Source: a virus
DNA: 64,000 nt
IMG/VR virus record: IMGVR_UViG_3300036790_000425
Location: 32,001-96,000 of that record
Strand: one strand, 5' to 3'
Below are positions 9,088 to 16,841 of this stretch, in pieces (position 1 is the stretch's first letter; each line of letters starts with the position of its first letter). Under the pieces are notes generated by a model that ran no database searches, was not told the DNA's origin, and saw only the letters and a list, made by a program, of their open reading frames with translations. The translations under genes and the position numbers were made by a program.

Positions 9088-9449
9088 CCCGCAAGCCTGT
9101 CCTGCCGTGCCGGGTCCGGCTGGAGACCGCGCCCCGGGTGCGCTGCGAGACCAGCTGGGACCCGGCCAGCAGCGGGAAGACCACCCTGCGCATCCGGGTC
9201 GGCGGAGAGTGCCTGGTAACAGCGGTGCACTTCTTCGACAGCTCGGAGCCTGAGGCCGTCTGGCTGGGCGTCTGGAGCCTGAGCGTGCCGGCGGCGGCCG
9301 GGGCCGAGGTCGCCATCGAGATGACGGCGCAGGACCTGATGCCCGTGCTGAGCCAGTTCGACTGGTCGCTGCCGGGCGAGCCGCCGGACGACATCGAGGT
9401 GCCGGAGGGGCCTCCGCCCCGGGCAGGCGAGGACCCCTCTCCCAACTGA
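9084..9449 (+). CDS. hypothetical protein
   Basis: ATGA overlap; RBS GGAGG. Confidence 0.65.
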   Translation: MTRKPVLPCRVRLETAPRVRCETSWDPASSGKTTLRIRVGGECLVTAVHFFDSSEPEAVWLGVWSLSVPAAAGAEVAIEMTAQDLMPVLSQFDWSLPGEPPDDIEVPEGPPPRAGEDPSPN

Positions 9450-9465
9450 AGTACGGGCTCCCGCA

Positions 9466-10365
9466 CTAAAGTGCGGCCAGCATCTCCGGCGCAGCGCTGA
9501 TCAGGCCGCGGGCCACGCCCGCCTCCTCCAGGCCGGACATGCCGCCCTTGCCGTCCCCGCCGTGGCCCTCCGGGCCCGTGCCGCCGTCCGGGTCATCGTC
9601 GATCACCGAGCTGGACAGGTCGGCCATCAGGTAGCGGCCGACCACCACCCGGGCCACCCGCTCGCACTCGGCCGACGGCAGCTGGGGGTTGGCGCTCGCG
9701 ATCGCGGCCGTGGCCAGCCGCACCCGGCCGTGCACCGGGTCAAGCCGGGAGGTCACCTGCCCGGCTGGGGATGGCTGCGGCACGGTGGTCGGGTCCGGGG
9801 TCGCGCCCGCCGGGATGTTGGCCGGGGCCGGTCCCGCGCTCCCGCCGGCCGGCTGCGGCGGGGTCGGGGCCGGCGGGGGCAGCGCAGAGGCATCCGCCTG
9901 CCGGCTCATCCCGGTGGCCTCCTGGACCGGTCCCTGGGCCGGCGGCCGGACCTGGGTCACCTGCGGGTCCGGTCCGCCGGGCGGCCCCTGGGGCACCTCG
10001 GAGTAGCCGTGCGAGAAGTCCGGGCCCTCGCTGTGCTCGTCCGGCTCCTCAGGGCCGGAGCCGTAGCCGCCGCCGTCCGGGACCCAGGCCAGCGGGTCCT
10101 GGCCCTCCGCCAGCGCCTCGGTCATCAGGACCCAGCGCCGGGCGGCGAGCGCGGCCAGCTCCTCCACCGGCAGCCCGTTGCGGTCGGCAATGGACTCCAG
10201 CCGCTCGCCGGCGATCGCCAGCCGGTGCGCGAACTCGGCCGCGGTCCGGGCCGGGGCCAGGAACGGGAAGATCCCCTCGAAGTCCGCCTCCGCCCGGGCC
10301 AGCGCGGCCTCGCGCTCGATCCCCTCGTGACTGGCCGATGCCTCGGCCCACAGGTCGTCAGTCAT
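9466..10365 (-). CDS. probable virion/head-associated protein
   Basis: ATGA-coupled to upstream large gene; shares the GSGPE.PDEHS..Y.EVP motif with it. Confidence 0.7.
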   Translation of the reverse strand: MTDDLWAEASASHEGIEREAALARAEADFEGIFPFLAPARTAAEFAHRLAIAGERLESIADRNGLPVEELAALAARRWVLMTEALAEGQDPLAWVPDGGGYGSGPEEPDEHSEGPDFSHGYSEVPQGPPGGPDPQVTQVRPPAQGPVQEATGMSRQADASALPPPAPTPPQPAGGSAGPAPANIPAGATPDPTTVPQPSPAGQVTSRLDPVHGRVRLATAAIASANPQLPSAECERVARVVVGRYLMADLSSSVIDDDPDGGTGPEGHGGDGKGGMSGLEEAGVARGLISAAPEMLAAL

Positions 10366-13300
10366 GATCCTGCCTCTCCGCTGATGAGACCGGCTCCCAG
10401 GCCGCTGCTCAGGGACGCCTGAACGCGGGCCCGGAACACCGCCATCCGGTCGCTGCCGTGCGGGTCGCCGGCGTAGGCATCCGGGTTGGAGTACCCCTCC
10501 TGGTTCGCCGTGTTCGGCGCGACCGGGGCCAGCGTGGCGTTCTCCGGGTGGTCCCCGCTGAAGGTGTTGGTGAACGGGCCGTCCTTCTGCTCCGGCCGCT
10601 GCGGCTTCCCCAGCACGTCGTCGGGCACCACCGGGCCGCCGGGCAGCGGCGGCGCGCCCTGGTACGGGCCGGGGCCGCCCGGGGTGGCTGCCTCGTCCAG
10701 GCCGCCCATCGGCGGCGGCTGGCCCGGGCCGTTCAGCGGCGTGGCGCCCATCGGGTCCGGCGACGTGCCCGGCCCGTCGGTGATCAGGTCGGTGCTGGTG
10801 CCCGCCCTGCGGACCAGGTAGGCACCCTGAGCGCGCAGGCCCTCGTTCCGGTAGCCGGTCTTGCGGCTGAACGAGCGGTGCAGGGCGACCCGGCGGCCCA
10901 GCTCGGGATGCTCGTCAGCGCGGATGGCGTGCCAGGCCAGCCACCGGTCCTGGATCTCCGGGCGGTCGGTGATCCCGGCGTACAGCCCGGCCTCGAAAGC
11001 GGCCGAGCCGGTGGTCACCAGGGCGACCCGGGGGACCCAGGCAGAGGCGAATCCGTAGCCCTTCCGGAAGTCCGGGTCATCGTGCAGCTGCGCCGGCACG
11101 AACGCATCCGACACCCGGCTGGCCTTCGCCACCTGGAAGGCCCGCTGAGCCTCGGTGTCGTTCATTGCCTGGCCGCTGTCGCCGCCGATCGAGGCCGGGA
11201 CATCCTGCGGCCCTGAGGGAGCCTGTGCGGCCCCGTACTCGGCGGCGTAGCCCTTGACGTAGGGCGAGACCCCGGAGGAGTTGTCAGCGAACGCAGGGCG
11301 CTCCCCGGCGGCCTTGTCGGCCCGGCCCGCTGCGGCGCCGGCGGCATAGTCGGCGTCCTGCGGCATGGCGTTCGAGCTGGCCGGGTCCGGTGCCGTGGCC
11401 GGGGTATTGAACGGCGGCGCGGCGTCGTCGGTGGTGGCGTGCGGCGCGGTCATCGTGTCGGCCCGCACCACCCGCGCGGTCCGCTGGCCGTGCAAATCCG
11501 TTCGCTCACCGTAAACGCACTTGTGCGGGCAGTCGCAGCCGGGCTTATGGCCGCAGTCGGTGCAGTGCGGCTCCTCCGGACTGCCGCCCGTGCCGGAGTC
11601 GGCCGCCGTGCGGGCGCTGGCCGTGGCACGCACGCTCCGGGCCTTCTGGGCCTGATCCCGGGCGTCCTGCCAGTGCGGGAACAGGTCCGGGCGGCCGGTC
11701 ATCTCGCCGTAGCTCTCGCGCGTCATCGGCGTGCCGCTGTAGGTAGCCGCGTGCACCCCGTTGTAGGACCGCAGGTAGGCCCCGTGCGACCGGGCCGACC
11801 ACGGGTAGTCGTCCTTGTGGTAGGGCTTCTTGCCGTCCAGGGCGTCCATGTTCCCGAAGATCCGGGCGTGCGCCTCGGGCAGCCCGGTCAGCCCGGCTGC
11901 CTGGACCTGCTGCTTCCCGCCGGCCGGGACGGCGCCCTGCGGGCCGGTGGTCCACTGCTGAGTCCAGGCCTCGCTCAGCGGGAAGGCCACGCCCTCGGGC
12001 AGGTCATCATCCTGCGGGGCGGGCGCGTTATTCGGGTCGGTCACCTGCTGGACCTGGTCCAGGCCGGACGCGCCGTGGTGGTGCATGATCTCGGCCGGCT
12101 GGCCGTAGGCCTGGTCGTTTCCGCAGTCGTTGCAGTGGATCTGGTTCTTGCCGTCCCCGCGGGACAGCTTGACGTTCTTGCTGTGGCACTTCGGGCAGGC
12201 CGGGGACGGCACGGCGGCCTCGCGGCTGGCACCCTCGGCCTGGTGCCTGATAGCCCCGCAGTAGGCATCCGGGTCGTCTTTGTCCTGATTCACCCTGATA
12301 CATGACTGAAAGTCAGCATATCCCGCGAACGGGGCACCCTTGGTGAGTGCCGCCTCAGCGGCCCGGGAAAAATCCAGGCGGCGCCCGGACTTGCCGAACT
12401 CATGCTCCTTGCGGTCCACGTAGGAGTCCACCTCGGACCGCGGAACGCCCTTGACCTTCCCCTTCAGCCGCTCAGCGTTCTCCAGGTCGCCCTTGTTCTC
12501 GATCGGCAGCTTGCCGCCGGGCAGCGCATCGCCCTTCTTCTCGGCTGCGGCCCGCTCGTCCCTGGTGAAGTCCCGGGCCAGCACCGGCCGCACGACCGCC
12601 ATGAAGCCGTGCAGGACAGCGGTGTCCTCGGCAGTACGGTCACTGGCGCCCCAGCCGGCCGTCACGCGATTGTGCCGCGCGCCCAGCTCATCCAGGGATC
12701 GAACGCCCTGAACGGCCCGGCGGCCCTCCCGGGCCCCCAGCTCCTCCAGCCCGGCCAGCCGGCGAGCGGTGTCCAGGTCCATCGCGTAGCCGATCGCCAC
12801 TGACGCGGTGTGCTCGCTGCCGCCCGTGCAGCCCTCCTCCGGCCAGTGCGCGCTGGCGCACTTCTCGTGGAATGGGTGCATCACCTCGCCCGTGGTCAGC
12901 CACCGGTAGCCGAACGGGTCCGGGGCGCTGTAGCCCTCGATCCTGGCAGCCTGGCGGCGGTCAGCGCCGGCGTCCTGCGGCTGGCCGGCCACGGGGTTCG
13001 GTGCAGACGAGCCGGCGGAGTCGGTCGCGGCCGGGGCGGTCGGCAGCGTGCCGGGCTGGCCCAGCGGTACCTCGGCGTAGCTGTTCGAGGTGTCGAATCC
13101 GGTGCTGTGCTCGTCAGGCTTCTCCGGGCCCGAGCCGAATCCCGAGCCGCCGCCGTTCTGCTGCTCGACCTGCTGGATCAGCGGCGCGCCGTCACTGGAG
13201 ATCTGCGAGCCGTGGTTGTTGTCCTCGACCTGGTTGAACTGGTCCTGCTCCTCCCCGAACGTCGGGAAGACCTCGGTCGGGTAGGGGGTCTGGGACGGCG

Positions 13301-13781
13301 CGTTGTTCGGGTCCACCGTCTGGTCGATCTGCGGCAGCCCGCTGGCGCCCTGGTGCAGGTAGCCGACGTAGCCCAGGAACTCGCGCTCGGCGGCCGGGGC
13401 CTTCGAGCCGTAGGCCGACGCCAGGGTGTGCGCCCGGCCGCGGGCCTGGAGGCCCAGCTCCTCGCCGTCCTGCCGCACGGCCGGGTCCAGGGCGCGGTAC
13501 CAGACGGCGGCCTCGGAGACCATCGCGACCCGGAAGTCACCCTCGCCGGGGTCCCGGAAGTCGGCCAGCCAGTCGGTAGCCGCGGTGTGCAGCTCGTGCG
13601 CGGTGCGGGGCTCCATCCGGTGCGCCACGATCTCGGCGCCCAGGTCGGTCTCCCGGCCGGCGGCGGCGCTGGCCGCTGCCTGCCGGTCGAAGGTCTCCAG
13701 GGCGGCCACGGCGCGGGTCAGCCGCAGGCCGTTATCGCGGGACTGCTGGATCTCGCGCACCAGGGCGCTGCGGTCAGTCAT
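10362..13781 (-). CDS. large multidomain probable head-associated protein (~1139 aa)
   Basis: Start at MTDRS with RBS GAGAGGGA; contains KGDALPGGKLPIENKGDLENA, PFAGYADFQSC..DPDAYC, a Zn ribbon and two GASGL.Q..Q..DPNN repeats. Confidence 0.75.
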   Translation of the reverse strand: MTDRSALVREIQQSRDNGLRLTRAVAALETFDRQAAASAAAGRETDLGAEIVAHRMEPRTAHELHTAATDWLADFRDPGEGDFRVAMVSEAAVWYRALDPAVRQDGEELGLQARGRAHTLASAYGSKAPAAEREFLGYVGYLHQGASGLPQIDQTVDPNNAPSQTPYPTEVFPTFGEEQDQFNQVEDNNHGSQISSDGAPLIQQVEQQNGGGSGFGSGPEKPDEHSTGFDTSNSYAEVPLGQPGTLPTAPAATDSAGSSAPNPVAGQPQDAGADRRQAARIEGYSAPDPFGYRWLTTGEVMHPFHEKCASAHWPEEGCTGGSEHTASVAIGYAMDLDTARRLAGLEELGAREGRRAVQGVRSLDELGARHNRVTAGWGASDRTAEDTAVLHGFMAVVRPVLARDFTRDERAAAEKKGDALPGGKLPIENKGDLENAERLKGKVKGVPRSEVDSYVDRKEHEFGKSGRRLDFSRAAEAALTKGAPFAGYADFQSCIRVNQDKDDPDAYCGAIRHQAEGASREAAVPSPACPKCHSKNVKLSRGDGKNQIHCNDCGNDQAYGQPAEIMHHHGASGLDQVQQVTDPNNAPAPQDDDLPEGVAFPLSEAWTQQWTTGPQGAVPAGGKQQVQAAGLTGLPEAHARIFGNMDALDGKKPYHKDDYPWSARSHGAYLRSYNGVHAATYSGTPMTRESYGEMTGRPDLFPHWQDARDQAQKARSVRATASARTAADSGTGGSPEEPHCTDCGHKPGCDCPHKCVYGERTDLHGQRTARVVRADTMTAPHATTDDAAPPFNTPATAPDPASSNAMPQDADYAAGAAAGRADKAAGERPAFADNSSGVSPYVKGYAAEYGAAQAPSGPQDVPASIGGDSGQAMNDTEAQRAFQVAKASRVSDAFVPAQLHDDPDFRKGYGFASAWVPRVALVTTGSAAFEAGLYAGITDRPEIQDRWLAWHAIRADEHPELGRRVALHRSFSRKTGYRNEGLRAQGAYLVRRAGTSTDLITDGPGTSPDPMGATPLNGPGQPPPMGGLDEAATPGGPGPYQGAPPLPGGPVVPDDVLGKPQRPEQKDGPFTNTFSGDHPENATLAPVAPNTANQEGYSNPDAYAGDPHGSDRMAVFRARVQASLSSGLGAGLISGEAGS

Positions 13782-13851
13782 CGGGCCGTCCCTCTCGTCG
13801 CTGCTTCCTGTACCTTCTGCGGCCCGGTCACGAGATGGCGAACCCGGATGA

Positions 13852-14352
13852 TCACGGGGAGATAACGGTAACGTCCGGGCTGCGGATGGCCCCGAGCAGG
13901 CTCGCCACGTCCGCTGCCCGCAGCGGAGGCAGCCGGCCAGCTTCCAGGAAGTCCAGCCACAGGCCCGCGACCTCGGGAGCGGCCAGGCCTGCATGCACCC
14001 GGTCAGCATCCCAGCCGGGCATCCGGCCGTACCAGACGCGGCGGCCCTTCCCGGAGTCGGGCTTGCGCACGGGCTCGAAGCCGGGGACGGCTGCCGCCAT
14101 CCCGGTCAGCTCACGGATCTGGCGGCGGGTGAGGATCACCCGGCCCCCGGCTTCGAGCTGCCGGCCGGCCACCGCGAGCACAGGCTCGTCTTCCCCGGCG
14201 GCCGACCGCCGGCCCGCCGCATCCTGGCTCGCGCACCGCTGATGCAGCTTCCGGCCGTAGTACCAGAGGATCTCCTCGCCCAGGATGAACTCGCCGCCGC
14301 AGCCTGGTGCATCGCACGTCAGGCCGGACTCCCAGACAGTCACCGTGGACAA
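13852..14352 (-). CDS. hypothetical protein with N-terminal Zn finger
   Basis: TTG start after GGGAGG; C..PGC...HQRC. Confidence 0.6.
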   Translation of the reverse strand: MSTVTVWESGLTCDAPGCGGEFILGEEILWYYGRKLHQRCASQDAAGRRSAAGEDEPVLAVAGRQLEAGGRVILTRRQIRELTGMAAAVPGFEPVRKPDSGKGRRVWYGRMPGWDADRVHAGLAAPEVAGLWLDFLEAGRLPPLRAADVASLLGAIRSPDVTVISP

Positions 14353-14461
14353 AGTCGCGCCTCCCACACCTTCCAGGGCGGCGCATGAGAATCGCGCCCG
14401 TCCCCGGCAAGAGGGGCGAGCGCGATTCAGCCGGGAGCACGGCTGGCGCTGTGGGCGCTGC

Positions 14462-14857
14462 CTACACGCTAGCGGGCGGCGGCTTCTCCTGGCCATATGC
14501 CCGGGCCCGGCCGGCGGCCTCGAACACGCTGGTGGTGCCGTCCGCGGGGATCTCCAGCTCCCAGACCGCGGCCAGCGCGGCGGTCAGCTCGATCCGGGCC
14601 TGCTTAGCGGCGGCCGTCAGCACGCTCATCACCTGCTCGTACACCGGGCCCGCCTCGAATGGGCCGATCCCGGTCAGGGCCTTCCGGATGCGCTCCGCGG
14701 CCTCGATATCGCTGACATGCCCGCGGATCCGGTCATCCGCCATCCAGGTGCGCGGGTCAGGGATCTCCCGCTCAATCTCGGTCTCCTCCGGAGCCTGGTC
14801 CTGGTCGGTTTCCCGGGGGTCCAGGGCATCCGCCTCCGGCTCATCAGCGAGCGGCAA
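14462..14857 (-). CDS. acidic hypothetical protein
   Basis: ORF overlapping UDG stop; RBS GGAGGAG. Confidence 0.55.
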   Translation of the reverse strand: MPLADEPEADALDPRETDQDQAPEETEIEREIPDPRTWMADDRIRGHVSDIEAAERIRKALTGIGPFEAGPVYEQVMSVLTAAAKQARIELTAALAAVWELEIPADGTTSVFEAAGRARAYGQEKPPPASV

Positions 14858-15476
14858 CGCGCTCTCCTCCCAGGACCGAGGCCAGCGCCGCCGTGGTCTC
14901 GGCCTCCATCATGGCCAGGTCCGCCGGCCGCCTCTCCCGCAGCAACGCGGCTGGGTGCCAGATGCTCAGCATCATGGCCGCCGCCGCCGGGCAGCAGTCC
15001 GGAGCCCAGCGCATCCACTTCCCGCGGGCGTTCGGGAAGGTGCCGTTCCGCTGGCTGGTCAGGGCCTGGAAGGCGACCGCGCCGGCGGCGATGACCACCA
15101 CCGGGCTGATCAGGGCGACCTCCGCCTGGATCCGCGGGGCTGAGGCGACGATCTCGTAGATGTAGGGCGTCCGGTTGTGCGGCGGGCGCCAGGGCACGAC
15201 GTTGGCGACATAGCACTGGTCCCAGGCGATCCCGGCGTCCCCGGTCAGGGCCCGCAGCCGCTTCCCGGCCGCTCCGGTGAACGGCTCGCCGGCGCGCTCC
15301 TCGTCCTCGCCGGGGGCCTCTCCGACGATCACCAGCGGCGCCGTTACCGGACCGTGACCAGAGATCAGCCGCCGTCCGCTGCGGGCCAGCGGGGACATCA
15401 CGGGATGGTCGGCGTACTCCTGGTACAGGCGCGCGATCGCGGCCTGGCGCCCGTCCGGCTGGCCGGCCTCAGTCAT
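14844..15476 (-). CDS. udg: uracil-DNA glycosylase, family 4-like
   Basis: IVGEAPG..E...GEPFTGAAG..L, NVV..RPP.NRTP, HPAALLR; RBS GGGAGG. Confidence 0.88.
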   Translation of the reverse strand: MTEAGQPDGRQAAIARLYQEYADHPVMSPLARSGRRLISGHGPVTAPLVIVGEAPGEDEERAGEPFTGAAGKRLRALTGDAGIAWDQCYVANVVPWRPPHNRTPYIYEIVASAPRIQAEVALISPVVVIAAGAVAFQALTSQRNGTFPNARGKWMRWAPDCCPAAAAMMLSIWHPAALLRERRPADLAMMEAETTAALASVLGGERVAAR

Positions 15477-15489
15477 CGTGTTACCTCCC

Positions 15490-15612
15490 GGAGATATGAC
15501 GAGCCGGGCGCCTCCCGGAGGAGGCACCCGGCTCAGCAGGCGCCGTCTGGACTCCTGCGTGCAAAGGAAAACGACGCTAGGAGGCCCCGGCAGAGCCGGG
15601 GGGTTCCTTGCA
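15490..15612 (-). ncRNA. candidate structured sRNA/leader antisense to early-gene leaders
   Basis: Downstream of promoter 15619-15647; three hairpins including a 15-bp stem with cUCCGg loop; 15561-15584 is complementary to conserved leaders. Confidence 0.45.
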
Positions 15613-15618
15613 AGGCCA

Positions 15619-15647
15619 AGACTAATACAGGTTTTCTTGCTAGTCAA
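15619..15647 (-). promoter_or_regulatory. sigma70-type promoter with box in spacer
   Basis: TTGACT-AGCAAGAAAACCTGTAT-TAGTCT on minus strand. Confidence 0.75.
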
Positions 15648-15927
15648 CCCCGGAATCCCTCAGCCTTGCCTCAACCGCATCACGGACCGCCTGGCGGCCG
15701 TCCCCGTGCCGGTAGAACCGCTCGACCTCATCGCGGATCACCAGCTCCATCGCCCTGGCCGCCTCGGCCTTCACCACCGCCCGGACGTGCTCCGGGCGGC
15801 ACAGCTCGGTGATCGCGCGCTGCATCTCGGATGAGATGTCCAGCTCGTGCTGGAGGAGCGCCATCTTGATCTCGTGCGCCATGCCCTCGACGCGCATGGT
15901 GATGACGGGAATCCCGGGCTGGCTCAC
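15640..15927 (-). CDS. hypothetical protein
   Basis: GTGA-coupled ORF. Confidence 0.65.
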   Translation of the reverse strand: MSQPGIPVITMRVEGMAHEIKMALLQHELDISSEMQRAITELCRPEHVRAVVKAEAARAMELVIRDEVERFYRHGDGRQAVRDAVEARLRDSGVD

Positions 15928-16226
15928 GGCCGGACGGCCTTCTCAACCTCGTCCTGCCAGCGGATGCCGACCTGGCCCGACCACTGGCGCATGGCGTCCA
16001 GGAAGAAGACGGCGGCCTCGGTGACCCGGCCCGGGTCATACTCGGCCGCCAGGCGGCCGTGATCATCCTGGTACATGGTCAGCAGCGGCTCCCCGCCGCG
16101 GGGATCCGGGATCACGATCCGGAACTCGGGGCCGGCCGGGACCGCGGACCGGGCGGACGTGTCCGGGGCGGGCGCGGGCGGGGCGCCGGGCATCCGGGCC
16201 ATCATGTGGTCGGGGTGCTGGCTCAC
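15924..16226 (-). CDS. hypothetical protein
   Basis: GTGA overlap, RBS GAGGAG. Confidence 0.6.
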   Translation of the reverse strand: MSQHPDHMMARMPGAPPAPAPDTSARSAVPAGPEFRIVIPDPRGGEPLLTMYQDDHGRLAAEYDPGRVTEAAVFFLDAMRQWSGQVGIRWQDEVEKAVRP

Positions 16227-16456
16227 TTGCGCTCCTCGGGGATCTCGATGCCGGTAAACGGGTCCATATTCCCGGCCAGGCGCTCCCAGCCGGGGTTCGC
16301 GGCCTCCCAGGCGTCCCGGCGGGTGACGGCCGCCGGGAGGGCGGACGGAGCGCACGGCCCCGGGTGCAGCTCGGGCAGGTCGCACCAGTGGTCGATCAGG
16401 CCGTCCTCGGTTACCGGCTGGCGGCACCTGCGCTGCGGGTACTCGGCGGACTTCAC
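16223..16456 (-). CDS. small Cys/His protein
   Basis: C...HWC....HPGPC; coupled. Confidence 0.6.
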   Translation of the reverse strand: MKSAEYPQRRCRQPVTEDGLIDHWCDLPELHPGPCAPSALPAAVTRRDAWEAANPGWERLAGNMDPFTGIEIPEERK

Positions 16457-16785
16457 GGGATCCTCTCGCGTAGATCAGAGCGCAGCGCAGGTGCCGCCAG
16501 CCGGCGCGCGGGGGGAGGCTTCCAGCCAGTGCGCGCCAGATCGCGCTTCAGGCAGAACGTATTGATCCTGGCTGCGTTACCGCCCAGGTCTATCAGCCAC
16601 ATCAATACCCGGGCCAGCTCGTAGGGCACGACCAGGACAGCGACCATCAGCAGGATCAGCGGCCGGGCAGCTACCGCCAGCCACATCCAGCGCCAGTGCC
16701 GGTACGGCAGGTCCCTAGCCGGGTTCACCAGCGGGCACCAGAGCGACCGGAGTCTCCGCAGGACCTTCGCCCGGGTGATCTGCAC
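16453..16785 (-). CDS. membrane hypothetical protein
   Basis: hydrophobic segment; RBS GGAGG. Confidence 0.5.
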   Translation of the reverse strand: MQITRAKVLRRLRSLWCPLVNPARDLPYRHWRWMWLAVAARPLILLMVAVLVVPYELARVLMWLIDLGGNAARINTFCLKRDLARTGWKPPPARRLAAPALRSDLRERIP

Positions 16786-16841
16786 ACTGCCTCCGCTGTC
16801 AGGTTCCTAGCTATCCGCCAGGATAGTACAGGAACCCGGAG

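Noticed and set aside
13782-14009. N-terminal extensions given in the ORF track (14009, 20024, 32344, 33353, 15647, 57182, 59350)
   Set aside because: They overlap upstream genes or promoters; better starts with RBS or stop-start coupling lie downstream
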